Shown here piece by piece: positions 30,374 to 41,569 of a stretch of DNA of 64,000 nucleotides (within the stretch, counting starts at the first letter, position 1; the number at the start of each line of letters is the position of its first letter). The notes under the pieces were generated by a model. That model did no database searches. It was given only the letters and a program-made list of their open reading frames with translations, and was not told the origin of the DNA. Source of the stretch: Candidatus Methanarcanum hacksteinii (GTDB lineage: Archaea > Thermoplasmatota > Thermoplasmata > Methanomassiliicoccales > Methanomethylophilaceae); assembly GCA_006954405.1 (NCBI GenBank), contig LVVQ01000001.1, forward strand, positions 557,161 to 621,160, written 5' to 3'. The translations under genes were made by a program, and so were the position numbers.

Positions 30374-31597
30374 ATGGCTGGGATCATACTCAATCGTTGT
30401 CCGAAGGTGTCTGCAGATACAGGGATAAGGGTCGTTCCGCCAGAAGAGACGCTCAAGAGAGTGATCCCCCTCTTGGATAAGGCAGGGATGGAGCCGCTAG
30501 AGGATATCACCGATAAGGACAACATAGGCATTCCAGTCTATTCCGTGTACAGGAAGAAGACTGCGAAGGGAACGTTCGGTAATTACAATGGTAAAGGCGC
30601 CACACCCGAACAGGCGATGGCATCAGCCGCGATGGAAGCCATCGAAAGATACAGTGCTGAATTACATGATGACGATGAGATAGTACTTGGTACGATACAA
30701 CAGGTAAGGGACAACGGTCCGATGATAGAACCGGATGATCTGATCCTTCCTGCGCGTGTTATGTACAATCTCGAAGCGGCAGATATTGCATGGACAACAG
30801 GATATGACCTCATACAAGGCCAAGAGGTATGGGTCCCGGCATGTGCAGTGTACTATCCATACTATCCCGATGGGGATCTGCAATTGTTCAGATTCCACAC
30901 GAACGGCATAGCATCAGGGAATACCATCGAAGAAGCGATACTGCATGGTATGTTTGAAGTCATAGAGAGGGATGCATGGTCGATAGCGGAAGCATTCGAC
31001 AGGACGAATGCCGACATAGTGATAGATGATGAGGATTCCGTGCCTGGAAAACTCCTCAAACAGTTCAGAGATAATGGAGTGGAGATACACCTCAAGGATC
31101 TGACCAGTGATCTTGGCATACCTACGATCGGAGCATCATCCGATGATGTTTCCACGAAGGATCCCGAGCTTTTGAACATAGGCGTAGGGACACATCTCGA
31201 TCCTGTCATCGCTGCAACCAGAGCATTGACAGAGGTAGCACAGAGCAGGACCACTCACAAACATGGATTGAAGGTCAATGCGAATCTTGTCAAAGTGACC
31301 AAAGAGATGGGCTATGAGAGGATCAAGGCTGTGAACAGACTCTGGTATTCCGACAACGACAAGAAGATAAGATTGTCGGAGATGCAGAATCTCTCAACAC
31401 CCTATGTGAGGGATGATATCGAAGTGGTACTTGGAAGCCTGGTGGAGCATGGATTCGAACGTGCAGTGGTAGCGGACCTTACAAGAGATGATGTGAACAT
31501 ACCTACAGTAAGGATGATCATTCCCGGAATGGAGGTATCCACGATGGATTCGGAACGCGAAGGCCCAAGACTCTGGGGAAGATGGCCAAAACGGTGA
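30374..31597 (+). CDS. ycaO: YcaO-domain protein (candidate McrA thioamidation enzyme)
   Basis: EAIERYSA and EVIERDAWS YcaO ATP-binding motifs; immediately upstream of mcrB. Confidence 0.8.
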   Translation: MAGIILNRCPKVSADTGIRVVPPEETLKRVIPLLDKAGMEPLEDITDKDNIGIPVYSVYRKKTAKGTFGNYNGKGATPEQAMASAAMEAIERYSAELHDDDEIVLGTIQQVRDNGPMIEPDDLILPARVMYNLEAADIAWTTGYDLIQGQEVWVPACAVYYPYYPDGDLQLFRFHTNGIASGNTIEEAILHGMFEVIERDAWSIAEAFDRTNADIVIDDEDSVPGKLLKQFRDNGVEIHLKDLTSDLGIPTIGASSDDVSTKDPELLNIGVGTHLDPVIAATRALTEVAQSRTTHKHGLKVNANLVKVTKEMGYERIKAVNRLWYSDNDKKIRLSEMQNLSTPYVRDDIEVVLGSLVEHGFERAVVADLTRDDVNIPTVRMIIPGMEVSTMDSEREGPRLWGRWPKR

Positions 31598-31709
31598 AAG
31601 AACGAGTAATAGGTTCAATAAAAAACAACCATTAAATATCAAAAAGCAGGCGGTTTTTGTCGATTCAAACTTCATTTATAAATGGCCAAAAAATGGTCTT
31701 TTTTATCTT

Positions 31710-31726
31710 AACAATCGATAATTGTT
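31710..31726. promoter_or_regulatory. Perfect 17-nt palindrome AACAATCGATAATTGTT upstream of the mcr TATA box
   Basis: Self-complementary sequence centred about 26 nt upstream of the TATA box at 31741. Confidence 0.35.
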
Positions 31727-31740
31727 AGAAATGCTTTACT

Positions 31741-31748
31741 TTATATGC
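31741..31748 (+). promoter_or_regulatory. mcr operon TATA box (TTATATGC) with an A-rich BRE-like flank
   Basis: The position implies a transcript start near 31770 and a 5'UTR of about 60 nt ending in GGAGGT, 5 nt before the mcrB ATG. Confidence 0.45.
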
Positions 31749-31829
31749 TAAAATGGCATACGGAAGAACTACAAGGGGAGGCAAAAAGGTTAGCCCTTTT
31801 GCTGATTTATGAATAAACGGAGGTATGAA

Positions 31830-33164
31830 ATGCCAAAATACAATGACGTAATAGATCTGTATGACGACAGAGGAAAGCGTATCGCTAAACAGATTCCTCT
31901 GGAGGCAATCAGTCCGTTGCGCAACAATGCAATCAAGAGAATTGCAGCAATGACCGAGAGGACGATCGCAGTCAACCTCGCCGGAATCGAGAAAGCTCTC
32001 AAGACCGGTTCAATGGGTGGAGACGGTGCAATCATCAAGGGAAAAGAAATTGACATCCCCCTCGTGAAGAATGCAGACAAGATTGCAAAAGCAGTAAAAG
32101 AAATGGTCCAGGTAGAAGAGGGCGACGATACAATCGTCAACGTGAAAGCTGACGGAAAGAGTCTCGTCGTTGTCGTACCTGAGGCAAGGATGCGCGCAGG
32201 AATCGAGTACACAACTGGATTCACATGTGTCGCAGCAGCAACAGTACAGGCAATCATCGACGAATTCAAGATCCCGATGTACAAGGCAAACATGGTCAAG
32301 GGAGCAGTATGGGGAAGATACCCCCAGACAATGACCTTCACCGGTTCAAACGTAAAGTCAATCCTTGAGGTTCCTCAGAACAACGAAGGTGCAGGTTACG
32401 CACTCAGGAACATCATGGCAAACCACGTCGTTGCACTTGTAGGCAGGAACGCAATGCAGGGTGTTGCACTTTCAGCAATCTTCGAGCAGACAGCATCATT
32501 TGAGATGGGTGACGCAATCGGTCCGTTCGAGAGAGGACACCTCCTCGCACTCGCATATGAGGGACTTAACGCAAACAACATGCTCTACTCAATCGTCAAG
32601 AAGAACGGAAAGACCGGAACAGTCGGTACCGTTATCGAGACACTCATGGAGAGGGCAATCGAAGACGGAGTCATCAAGGTGAAAGAAACACTCCCCAGCG
32701 GATACAAGGTCTACACAACCGATGATCTCATGCTCTGGAACGCATACGCAGCAGTCGGTCAGGTCGCAGCAGTCATGGTCAACGTTGGAGCAGCAAGGGC
32801 AGCACAGGGTGTTCCCTCAACAATCCTCTACTACAACGATCTCCTTGAGCACGAGACAGGCCTGCCTTCAACAGACTACGGACGTTCAATGGGAGTTTGT
32901 GTTGGAATGTCATTCTTCTCACACTCGATCTACGGTGGAGGAGGACCTGGACTGTTCCACGGAAACCACGTTGTTACAAAGCACTCTAAGGGAGTTCTGA
33001 TCCCCGCTGTCACAGCAGGTAACTGTCTTGATGGTGGAACACAGACCTTCTCAGCAGAGGCAACATCAGGATTGTTCAAAGAAGTCTTCGGAGACGTTCC
33101 TGAGTTCAAGACACCGATGCAGATTGTCGCCGCGGAGGCAAAGAAAGTCGCAAAGAAGCTGTGA
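31830..33164 (+). CDS. mcrB: Methyl-coenzyme M reductase beta subunit
   Basis: [17 protein letters not shown]-terminus; about 444 aa. Confidence 0.9.
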   Translation: MPKYNDVIDLYDDRGKRIAKQIPLEAISPLRNNAIKRIAAMTERTIAVNLAGIEKALKTGSMGGDGAIIKGKEIDIPLVKNADKIAKAVKEMVQVEEGDDTIVNVKADGKSLVVVVPEARMRAGIEYTTGFTCVAAATVQAIIDEFKIPMYKANMVKGAVWGRYPQTMTFTGSNVKSILEVPQNNEGAGYALRNIMANHVVALVGRNAMQGVALSAIFEQTASFEMGDAIGPFERGHLLALAYEGLNANNMLYSIVKKNGKTGTVGTVIETLMERAIEDGVIKVKETLPSGYKVYTTDDLMLWNAYAAVGQVAAVMVNVGAARAAQGVPSTILYYNDLLEHETGLPSTDYGRSMGVCVGMSFFSHSIYGGGGPGLFHGNHVVTKHSKGVLIPAVTAGNCLDGGTQTFSAEATSGLFKEVFGDVPEFKTPMQIVAAEAKKVAKKL

Positions 33165-33170
33165 TGTAAA

Positions 33171-33602
33171 ATGTCAGAGAGTACCAATAATTCAGACCCC
33201 AATTATGCCGGAGTACCTCTTCCTGAGGTATGGATTCAAAGTCAGCGTCTGCTTGGAGCAGATAGTACAGAGAAAGTGTTGAAAGCATTGGAGGGTGTGG
33301 AGAAGATCAGGCAGATCAACCTCAAGGGCGAAAGTCTCCCCGCCACCATCAACAGTGGCCCTAACAAAGGCTTGCCCAACAATCACACCGAACGCAGGAT
33401 GATCAATTTCTGCGGAAAGGATGTTGAACTCAAACATCTGGTAGGTGATTTCTACATTGAGCTTTCCGTCAACAATGAGGATGAGCTGAATGAGAAAGTG
33501 AAGGAGATCGAGGAAGCTGTCAAGGACACTATGCCTTTCGGTTACAGTGTTCAGGTCGGAAGGTACTCCAAGTACAGAGCATCAATGCACGATTATAGAT
33601 AA
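33171..33602 (+). CDS. mcrD: Methyl-coenzyme M reductase operon protein D
   Basis: 143 aa in the canonical position between mcrB and mcrG. Confidence 0.8.
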   Translation: MSESTNNSDPNYAGVPLPEVWIQSQRLLGADSTEKVLKALEGVEKIRQINLKGESLPATINSGPNKGLPNNHTERRMINFCGKDVELKHLVGDFYIELSVNNEDELNEKVKEIEEAVKDTMPFGYSVQVGRYSKYRASMHDYR

Positions 33603-33613
33603 GGTGTTTAATT

Positions 33614-34387
33614 ATGGCATATAAGAGACAATTCTACCCTGGTGAGTCCATTCCTGCAAAGAACAGGAGAAGATACATGGACCCCAAACAGAACCTTAAG
33701 AAACTGAGAGACATCGCAATGGATGATGTCGTCAGGATCATGGGACACAGGAACCCTGGAGAGGAATACAAGTCGATCCACCCCCCGATCGAGGAGGGAA
33801 AGGAGCCCGACTGTCCTATCAGGGCACTCGTTAAACCGATCGAGGGAGCAAAGCACGGAGACCGTGTAAGGTACATCCAGTTCACGGATTCAGTCTACTT
33901 CGCACCCATCTCGCCCTACCAGAGGGCATGGATGTACCTCTCCAGGTACAGAGGTATCGATACAGGTACACTGTCCGGAAGGCAGATCATTGAGATGCGT
34001 GAGAGGGATCTCGAGAAGATCGCAAAAGAAATGATCGACAACGAGACATTCGACCCTGCACTCACTGGAATCAGGGGTGCAACAGTTCACGGACACGCAT
34101 GCCGTCTCGATGAGCACGGACTCATGTTCGATGCATGGCAGAGGTATGTCTGGGACGACAAGAAGAAAGAAGTCGTATACGTCAAGGATCAGGTTGCACT
34201 TCCCCTTGACAGGAGAATCTCCGTTGGAAAGCCCGCAAAGATGGATGACCTCAAGAAGAGGACAACAATCTTCAGAGCAGACGGTGTAGACATGAGAGAC
34301 GACAAAGAGGTTACCATGTACGGTCTCAGGATCCACAAACTGAGGACACTCGGTGGTTACCAGCCCTACAAAGTTAAGGGGATCTGA
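33614..34387 (+). CDS. mcrG: Methyl-coenzyme M reductase gamma subunit
   Basis: [12 protein letters not shown]...RRRYMDP N-terminus; 257 aa. Confidence 0.9.
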   Translation: MAYKRQFYPGESIPAKNRRRYMDPKQNLKKLRDIAMDDVVRIMGHRNPGEEYKSIHPPIEEGKEPDCPIRALVKPIEGAKHGDRVRYIQFTDSVYFAPISPYQRAWMYLSRYRGIDTGTLSGRQIIEMRERDLEKIAKEMIDNETFDPALTGIRGATVHGHACRLDEHGLMFDAWQRYVWDDKKKEVVYVKDQVALPLDRRISVGKPAKMDDLKKRTTIFRADGVDMRDDKEVTMYGLRIHKLRTLGGYQPYKVKGI

Positions 34388-34392
34388 TTAAG

Positions 34393-36051
34393 ATGGCAGC
34401 AAAAGAAAGGTTGTTTATTGACGCCTGTAAGAAGAAATTCAAAGAGGACCCAACCAGCATCGAGACAAAGTTCTACTGCTACGGCGGATGGAAACAGTCA
34501 AAGAGAAAGGTCGAGTTCGTAGAAGCAGCAAACAAGATCGCAAAGCAGCGTGGCATACCCATGATGAACCAGGACATCGGAGTTCCGCTCGGACAGAGGT
34601 CCTGGATGCCCTACCAGCTCTCACACACAGATATCTTCGTAGAGCCGGATGATCTTCACTGCATCAACAATGCTGCAATTCAGCAGGCATGGGACGACAT
34701 CAGGAGGACAGTCCTCGTTGGTCTCGACTCACCCCACAACACAATCGAGAGAAGGCTTGGAAAAGAAGTCACACCTGAGACAATCAACGAGTACCTCGAG
34801 GCAGTTAACCACACAATGCCCGGAGGAGCTGTTGTTCAGGAACACATGGCTGAGATCAACCCTGCACTCGCATACGACTCATACGTCAAGGTCTTCACCG
34901 GAAACGACGAGCTCGCAGACGAGATCGACAAGAGGTTCCTCATCGATATCAACAAGCAGTTCTCAAAGGACCACGCAAAACAGCTCAAAGCAGCAATTGG
35001 AAACACACTCATGCAGGCAGTCCGTGTCCCGACAATCGTCGGACGTGTCATGGATGGAGGTACAATCTCGAGGCACGCAGCTATGCAGATCTCGATGGCT
35101 TTCATCACATCATACAAACTCGCAGCAGGAGAGGCAGCAATTGCCGACTTCGCATACTCTGCAAAACACCAGTGTATCAACATGGGTACCATGATGCCCG
35201 CAAGGCGTGCAAGAGGACCCAACGAGCCTGGAGGAATTCCCTTCGGATTCATGGCAGATATCGCACAGTCAGACCGTGTACACCCGGACGACCCCGGACG
35301 TGCAGCTCTTGAAGCAGTCGCACTTGGTGCAATCGTCTTCGACCAGATCTACCTCGGTGGATACATGTCTGGTGGAGTAGGATTCACACAGTACGCATCA
35401 GCAGCATACACTGACAACATCCTTGAGGATTACACATACTATGCAATCGACTACATCAAGGACAAGTTCGGTGGCTTCGGAAAACTCAACCCCGAAGACT
35501 TCGACAAGCTGATCCAGCTCGGAGATGACATCAACTCATACGCACTCGAGTCCTACGAGAAGTACCCCGCAATCATGGAGGCACACTTCGGTGGATCACA
35601 GAGGGCAACAGTTGCAGCAGCAGCAACCGGTATCGCAGGTTCAATGGCTACCGGTGTCGCAGACTGCGGTCTCAACCTCTGGTACCTCTCAATGCTCCAG
35701 CACAAGGAGAGGACAGGAAGGCTCGGATTCTACGGATACGACCTTCAGGATCAGTGTGGTTCAGCCAACTCATTCGCATACAGGTCCGATGAGGGTCTGC
35801 CCATGGAATTGAGGGGTCCGAACTACCCCAACTACGCAATGAACGTCGGTCACCTCTCTGGATACACAGGTATCCCGAAGGCAGCTCACGCAGCACGCGG
35901 AGACGCATTCACAGCCAACCCATTCATCCGTATCGCATTCGCAGACCCGAGCCTTGTGTTCGACTTCGCGAACGTCACAAAAGAGATCGGACGTGGCGGA
36001 CTTCGTGAATTCAAGCCTGCAGGTGAGAGGACCGCAATCATTAAGGCATAA
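34393..36051 (+). CDS. mcrA: Methyl-coenzyme M reductase alpha subunit
   Basis: 552 aa. Contains the [12 protein letters not shown] region (the thioglycine and didehydroaspartate site) and a Gly-rich C-terminal region. Confidence 0.9.
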   Translation: MAAKERLFIDACKKKFKEDPTSIETKFYCYGGWKQSKRKVEFVEAANKIAKQRGIPMMNQDIGVPLGQRSWMPYQLSHTDIFVEPDDLHCINNAAIQQAWDDIRRTVLVGLDSPHNTIERRLGKEVTPETINEYLEAVNHTMPGGAVVQEHMAEINPALAYDSYVKVFTGNDELADEIDKRFLIDINKQFSKDHAKQLKAAIGNTLMQAVRVPTIVGRVMDGGTISRHAAMQISMAFITSYKLAAGEAAIADFAYSAKHQCINMGTMMPARRARGPNEPGGIPFGFMADIAQSDRVHPDDPGRAALEAVALGAIVFDQIYLGGYMSGGVGFTQYASAAYTDNILEDYTYYAIDYIKDKFGGFGKLNPEDFDKLIQLGDDINSYALESYEKYPAIMEAHFGGSQRATVAAAATGIAGSMATGVADCGLNLWYLSMLQHKERTGRLGFYGYDLQDQCGSANSFAYRSDEGLPMELRGPNYPNYAMNVGHLSGYTGIPKAAHAARGDAFTANPFIRIAFADPSLVFDFANVTKEIGRGGLREFKPAGERTAIIKA

Positions 36052-36062
36052 GCGTGAAACAC

Positions 36063-36341
36063 ATGCAACTGGGTGAGATCTACAAATACATGCCAACATC
36101 GACTGTTGGGAAAGTGGTGGATATTCGTGAGAAGGACGGTAAGACTTGGGCTTTGCTCGATTTCACTGGCCTTTGGTACGATGTTTCAAAGCTCACTCCT
36201 GCGGATGTAAGTGAATATAAGGAGATCTCGTTCAAATACAGAGAGAGGTCCTTCGATTCCAGCGTTAGGTCCGTTGAGGAACTGGCGAAGGAGATTCAGG
36301 ACGTCGACATATCTGACTTTACACCCAGTGGCGGCGGATGA
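36063..36341 (+). CDS. Small hypothetical protein immediately after mcrA (92 aa)
   Basis: ATG 12 nt after the mcrA stop. The track start at 36054 is GTG. Confidence 0.4.
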   Translation: MQLGEIYKYMPTSTVGKVVDIREKDGKTWALLDFTGLWYDVSKLTPADVSEYKEISFKYRERSFDSSVRSVEELAKEIQDVDISDFTPSGGG

Positions 36342-36360
36342 ACGCTTAACCAAACCAAAC

Positions 36361-36420
36361 CTTTTACACTTTTTACCTTTTTTTTACTTTTGTAAAAACG
36401 AACGTGTTTTTCAACATTCT
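36361..36420 (+). terminator. Oligo-T rich region (probable mcr operon terminator)
   Basis: CTTTTACACTTTTTACCTTTTTTTTACTTTTG: repeated T5-T8 runs typical of archaeal termination. Confidence 0.45.
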
Positions 36421-36506
36421 ATGTTTTACCACCCACACTTATTTTTACAATGAACTGTTTATTACGAAGTCGTCGCAATATGCGATAAAATAAGGGGAGG
36501 GATTTG

Positions 36507-36743
36507 ATGGCAAAGACATCGTTCAATCTCAAGGATCCGGCGACTTTCGTTGGTTTCATCTTGGGACTTCTTGCAACAGCGCTCTTCAACGTGTTGGGAT
36601 TGATTATCCTTATCGTTGTTGTGCTGTTCTATTATTTCACCAACAAGAAGAACGTTGTGCCCGCATTGATCGGTGCACTCGTCGGTATTGTTATCGGCAT
36701 CGTGATCAACATCATAGTCGGTGGCGTTATCGCGTTATTCTGA
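36507..36743 (+). CDS. Small membrane protein (2 TM)
   Basis: Two hydrophobic helices; a GGGAGGG ribosome-binding site at 36494. Confidence 0.4.
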   Translation: MAKTSFNLKDPATFVGFILGLLATALFNVLGLIILIVVVLFYYFTNKKNVVPALIGALVGIVIGIVINIIVGGVIALF

Positions 36744-36796
36744 TGAAATAAAAGGCCAAGAAACAAACATCTTAATTTTTTCTACACCTATGCCAC

Positions 36797-37057
36797 ATGA
36801 CAGCAATCGATCGAGATGATGATATGTTTAGAAGGAAGAGTAAAGTGAACGTGAGGAGGAAATCTCCAGTGAAATCTATCAGAGATTTCGAGAAAGATCT
36901 TCTTAGGAATAACAAAGGTGGCGGAAAGGTCACCAATTGTCATATAGATAGGGATGAATTCACTATCACGATCGATATCGATGATGCTAAATTCGAGATG
37001 ACTTATGGGCAGGCAGCTCTGATCCTCGTGGCGTTAAAAGGCATCTACAATAAATGA
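36797..37057 (+). CDS. Hypothetical small basic protein (86 aa)
   Basis: ORF only. Confidence 0.3.
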   Translation: MTAIDRDDDMFRRKSKVNVRRKSPVKSIRDFEKDLLRNNKGGGKVTNCHIDRDEFTITIDIDDAKFEMTYGQAALILVALKGIYNK

Positions 37058-37112
37058 TCGAGTGCGGGTATTGATAAATATTAATTCAATATTGACAGGG
37101 ATTGTGAACTGA

Positions 37113-37667
37113 ATGATGGCTGAGAATGATTATCTGATCGGAAAGGATGTCATCACCAAGGATGCGTACAAGTTAGGGGAGATACAAGATTACTCTTGTG
37201 AGACTGTATCCTGGAGCATCATGGGTCTTAGGGTGAAGAGTGGCAATAATGTGGCGCCGTTATTGAACATCGGTAGCGGCAAATCCATGATTTTGCTTCA
37301 GCCAGATGATTTCACGATAAATGATGTTGTGCTTTTGGATGACACAATAGAGGAAGTCAGATCTAAGATCACTGCGGATAGGTCGGATTACCTTTCGATC
37401 AATTCGATGATCGGTATGAGTGTATATGCCTCTGACGGATTGTTGGTCGGAACGATTGATTCCATCGAAGTAGATTATTCCAAATGGAAATTGATCTCGA
37501 TGCAAGTAAAGTTGGACAAGGCTGCACATCAAGCTCTAGGTGTCAAGAAGATCCTATTCGGTAAGAAGATATCGGGGATCCTCATGTCGCAGATAGACGG
37601 CATAAGGGATTCCGTGATATTATCCCTTGATACTGACAGTATAAGGGGTCAGATGATCATCCTTTGA
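37113..37667 (+). CDS. PRC-barrel domain protein (two tandem PRC-like repeats)
   Basis: Repeated (I/V)xGKDV...LGEIxD and SxxIGMSVYASDGLLVGTIDSIEVD modules. Confidence 0.5.
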   Translation: MMAENDYLIGKDVITKDAYKLGEIQDYSCETVSWSIMGLRVKSGNNVAPLLNIGSGKSMILLQPDDFTINDVVLLDDTIEEVRSKITADRSDYLSINSMIGMSVYASDGLLVGTIDSIEVDYSKWKLISMQVKLDKAAHQALGVKKILFGKKISGILMSQIDGIRDSVILSLDTDSIRGQMIIL

Positions 37668-38211
37668 CCGTATTGAATGCTACGAGGATGGATGCGTATT
37701 TTCCATTATCTTCCATCCCGTGCCATTTCCTAATCATCTTGTCACATGTAGGCGCAGGACTGCATGATATGACATCGAAGCATCCGTTGCTCTCATTCAA
37801 CTCAGGGAATGGAACAGGCGGCATGATGAATGATTCGCTACCTCCTGGTGGTATCTCAACATAGGGAAATATGACGAAACCATCCGACAACCAGAGTACG
37901 TCGTCTCTGTTCCTGTATTCCGCAGATGTCTCGGGGAAGACTTCGGTACCTAGGAGTTTCCCATCACTTGAAAGCAGGATTACAGTGGGTTTTGGCGGTG
38001 GCCTGAACCTGGGATCCTTGACGATACAGATGACTTTCTCCCTTTTCAGAGCTTCCATATAACCTAGATTACAAACTGTGATTCCTCCGCAGGCCTTCAC
38101 GGTATTCTCCTCGGCCTGTACCTCTGCTTTGATCTTGTCATCGAGGTAGAAGGCGTCGATGACACCTCTGAGTCCTTTCAGCAGTTTGATATGCTGGTCA
38201 TCTTCACACAT
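37657..38211 (-). CDS. Hypothetical Cys-containing protein (184 aa)
   Basis: ATG at 38211 (track start 38217 is GTG). The motifs VKACGGITVCNLGY and CSPAPTCDKM are not recognised. Confidence 0.4.
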   Translation of the reverse strand: MCEDDQHIKLLKGLRGVIDAFYLDDKIKAEVQAEENTVKACGGITVCNLGYMEALKREKVICIVKDPRFRPPPKPTVILLSSDGKLLGTEVFPETSAEYRNRDDVLWLSDGFVIFPYVEIPPGGSESFIMPPVPFPELNESNGCFDVISCSPAPTCDKMIRKWHGMEDNGKYASILVAFNTVKG

Positions 38212-38234
38212 GTTCACTCGTATGTTTACTTGTT

Positions 38235-39128
38235 CTAAAATACCTTATCCTCGGAAAGTTTCGTTACGATAGGCCCTTTGGACGTCAGTATCTCCTTTAT
38301 GTCGACGACACCGATGGCTGCGATCGCTTTCCCATCGAGATCGATCGGAGTGACGACGACTTTGATACCTTTATATGGTCCACTTGTAGCGATCTTCCTT
38401 ATGCACGTTTTTGTGCGGATGACATCCTCTAGGACCTCTCCGGTGTATGCATTGTCGATGACGACCCCATTCTCGATTCTCACACCAAGGTCATCCCTGC
38501 TCTTCGCACAGACGGGAAGTCCACCTACCAATTCGTGTATCGCGAACGCGAGTGACAATATCTCTCCGGTGGATGATCTCGATGATAGGATGTCCTTGAT
38601 GCCTTTCTGTAATCTTAGGCCGCCCATCGTATTTAATGCGGCCGATATCGCACCGCATTCCGCGAGTTCGTAGGAATCTGCCGTACCGATGATCACCGCA
38701 TCATCGTTCCTTACCGCGAATATGTCTCTGATGATCTTCTCGGTATCCTTGTCCACGGGGTAATCTGAACCAGGGAAGATGAGGCGGTTGTTGGAACATA
38801 TCAATGTCGTAGCACCCTTCGCACCCGATATGATTGCCGAATCCCTCTCCTCACAACCGAATGAGATCCTTCTGGAGGCATGTCTGATCAGTACGGCACA
38901 GTTGTACATGCCGATGGTGAGGTCATGTAGGACGATCGGTTTCGCATCCAGGAATATCAATCCTCTGTATTCATCCCCTTCCTTTGTCAGTGTGATCCCA
39001 CTCTTTCCGATCTCTATGTATTTGTTCTCGAGGAGGATATTCAGGATCGTCCTTGTGCTGCCTTCTCCGATGCCAAGTACCGATGATAGTTTCTTCCTTC
39101 CGATCGGTTCATCGACATCCATGGACAT
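38235..39128 (-). CDS. Putative regulator: N-terminal winged-helix domain plus C-terminal uncharacterised domains
   Basis: GRKKLSSVLGIGEGSTRTILNILLENKYIEIGKSGITLTKEG resembles a wHTH. The track start at 39260 is TTG; the first plausible ATGs are at 39128 and 39122. Confidence 0.4.
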   Translation of the reverse strand: MSMDVDEPIGRKKLSSVLGIGEGSTRTILNILLENKYIEIGKSGITLTKEGDEYRGLIFLDAKPIVLHDLTIGMYNCAVLIRHASRRISFGCEERDSAIISGAKGATTLICSNNRLIFPGSDYPVDKDTEKIIRDIFAVRNDDAVIIGTADSYELAECGAISAALNTMGGLRLQKGIKDILSSRSSTGEILSLAFAIHELVGGLPVCAKSRDDLGVRIENGVVIDNAYTGEVLEDVIRTKTCIRKIATSGPYKGIKVVVTPIDLDGKAIAAIGVVDIKEILTSKGPIVTKLSEDKVF

Positions 39129-39329
39129 GATCGATTTCCATATGTGATAATCATTGAATTTCGGGGCAGGCCCACAGATCCTGACGTTGGATGATGGATG
39201 CATCATACATCCAGTGTTCTGTTCGGATATAACAATTCTGGTGTTGTCAGTCGTAGCCAATATTAACGCGACTAATCTTTACACACGATAAAGGCACGCT
39301 TTATCTATTTAAAAGTGATAACGCTGTTT

Positions 39330-40949
39330 ATGTCAAATGAATCTGTCGAACTTTTAAAATTAGAGAATGTCTCGAAAGTTTATGACGGAAGGACTGTGCT
39401 CAACAATGTCAGTGCTACTTTGTCAAGCGGTAAGATCCTCGGTCTTATCGGAAAGAGCGCAGCCGGAAAAAGTGTTCTGATCCATATGATCAGAGGTTCT
39501 GATGATTACGCACCCACTTCAGGCAGGGTGCTCTATCATGTCAACATATGCCCCAAGTGTGGAAACCTTGACCTTCCGTATTCAGGTCACGTATGTACGA
39601 AATGCGGTGCTGAACCGAAGACAGAATGGGTGGACTACTGGGCACTCCCCGAACGCGATCCTGTCAGACAGGAGCTCAAACAACGTATCTCCATCATGTT
39701 GCAGAGGACGTTCGCTCTCTTCGGAGACAGTACGGTGATGGAGAATATATTCGAAGCCATCGGAGATAAGGTCTCTGAGAAGGAGAAGATCGAGAAGACC
39801 ATCGAGCTCTTGGAATTCGTCAACATGACTCACAGGATAACGCACATCGCGCGTGACCTTTCAGGAGGAGAGAAACAGCGTGTCGTCATGGCAAGACAGC
39901 TTGCGAAGAACCCGTTGATATTCCTCGCTGACGAACCAACAGGTACTCTCGATCCGTATACCGCCAACATCGTTCACGAGAGGTTGGTTAAATATGTGCG
40001 CGAGAACAACATCTGTATGGTATTCGCATCACATTGGCCGGAGGCCATCAACAAGATGGCGGATGAGGCGATATGGCTCGACTCAGGTAACGTCGTCATG
40101 AGTGGCGATCCTAAGACCGTCACATCCAAATTCATGGAGGAATACCACTTCGAGAGAAGGAAGGATACCAAGCTCGGAGAGCCTCTCATCGTTCTCGAGA
40201 ACGTGAAGAAACATTACTTCTCCGTCGTGAGAGGTGTCGTGAAGGCTGTGGATGGAGTATCATTCACCATAAGGGAGAATGAGATATTCGCGATGGTCGG
40301 TATCTCTGGTGCAGGTAAGACCACGACATCCCGTATGATCGCAGGTATGACTCCAGTAACATCTGGTGTCGTCAAGATCAAGATCGGTGACGATTGGGTG
40401 GATATGAGCGAATCAGGATTCATGGGCAAGGGAAGGGCGACACCATACATCGGTGTCCTCCACCAGGAATACACATTGTATCCGTTCGATACCATCCTCA
40501 AGAACCTCACAGTCTGCATAGGGATGACGATGCCTGCCGAGATCGCCAAAGTGAAGGCGATACAGGTCCTTCAGAGCGTAGGATTCCCAAGGAAGGATAT
40601 CGAGAAGGTCCTGTACTCATACCCCGATGCATTGTCTGTCGGTGAGCAACAGAGGGTCGCATTCGCACAGGTCCTCATCAAAGAACCCCGTATCGTCATC
40701 TTGGATGAACCTACGGGAACGATGGATCCGATAACAAAGGTCACTGTCGCCAAAGCCGTGTTGAATGCGAGGGACAACCTCGGTGAAACGTTCGTCGTCG
40801 TCAGTCACGACATGGATTTCATCCTCAATTGTTGCGACCGTGCCGTTCTCTTCAAGAACGGAAAGGTCATCGAGGAAGGAAAGCCGGAAGAGATCGTCAA
40901 CGGTTTCGACAAGATAGAAAAAGAATTGGAAAATGGTGAACAACAGTGA
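39330..40949 (+). CDS. atwA: Methyl-coenzyme M reductase system component A2 (tandem ABC ATPase)
   Basis: Two Walker A sites ([16 protein letters not shown]), two LSGGE/LSVGE signatures and a CPKCG...CTKCG zinc ribbon insert in domain 1. Confidence 0.85.
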   Translation: MSNESVELLKLENVSKVYDGRTVLNNVSATLSSGKILGLIGKSAAGKSVLIHMIRGSDDYAPTSGRVLYHVNICPKCGNLDLPYSGHVCTKCGAEPKTEWVDYWALPERDPVRQELKQRISIMLQRTFALFGDSTVMENIFEAIGDKVSEKEKIEKTIELLEFVNMTHRITHIARDLSGGEKQRVVMARQLAKNPLIFLADEPTGTLDPYTANIVHERLVKYVRENNICMVFASHWPEAINKMADEAIWLDSGNVVMSGDPKTVTSKFMEEYHFERRKDTKLGEPLIVLENVKKHYFSVVRGVVKAVDGVSFTIRENEIFAMVGISGAGKTTTSRMIAGMTPVTSGVVKIKIGDDWVDMSESGFMGKGRATPYIGVLHQEYTLYPFDTILKNLTVCIGMTMPAEIAKVKAIQVLQSVGFPRKDIEKVLYSYPDALSVGEQQRVAFAQVLIKEPRIVILDEPTGTMDPITKVTVAKAVLNARDNLGETFVVVSHDMDFILNCCDRAVLFKNGKVIEEGKPEEIVNGFDKIEKELENGEQQ

Positions 40950-41569
40950 AACAGAAGATTGGAAGGCATCTCAGTTTCGTTGAGTGCCGTGAATCCATGG
41001 GGATGGGTCAGGGCGGAGGCTTGGCGCAGAGAGCGACCATCTCGGAAAGCGGCAGGGATGTTGTCGCCATCGCCATGGGCCCTGGAAGAAGACACATCAC
41101 GAAACCTGTGTGCGAGATCACGTACGCACTCAGGGAAGAAGGTATCGACACGTCGGTCTTGGTCCTTAACGCGGGTGCAGGTGTGCCTGCGGATGCAGAG
41201 GATGTTTCCCATGGACAGTGTATGGGATTGGATCCGATCGAAGTGGAGAGGATACAACAATTCAAAGTGGCATTGATACACCTCGGGAATGTCCGCAGCC
41301 ACATAATATGGAAAGCGAGACTCATCCTCAGGAATGTCGACATCCCTGCGATAGTGGTATGTCAATGTCCTGTGGATTTCGAGGATTTCGCCGCCATCGG
41401 TGTGAAGACGAAGGATGTCATGCCACCCGATGATAAGGTGAACACCAAAGGGACCATAATAGAGATTGTCAACGGAGTCATAAGAGGGATCTCATGCCCT
41501 CAGGATAAGTTGGATGAGATCGTTTCGAAGGTACAGAGCATGCTCCCTAAACAGGAGGAGTCGAGATGA
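40946..41569 (+). CDS. mcrC: Methyl-coenzyme M reductase protein C
   Basis: [18 protein letters not shown]...[15 protein letters not shown] matches the McrC consensus. The GTG start overlaps the atwA stop (GTGA). Confidence 0.85.
   Translation: MKQKIGRHLSFVECRESMGMGQGGGLAQRATISESGRDVVAIAMGPGRRHITKPVCEITYALREEGIDTSVLVLNAGAGVPADAEDVSHGQCMGLDPIEVERIQQFKVALIHLGNVRSHIIWKARLILRNVDIPAIVVCQCPVDFEDFAAIGVKTKDVMPPDDKVNTKGTIIEIVNGVIRGISCPQDKLDEIVSKVQSMLPKQEESR

Noticed and set aside
39129-39260. TTG-initiated N-terminal 44 residues of the wHTH protein (MATTDNTRIVISEQNTGCMMHPSS...).
   Set aside because: TTG start, no SD, and the segment would occupy most of the divergent promoter region shared with atwA. 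An ATG at 39128 gives a protein beginning just before the winged helix. This remains uncertain.
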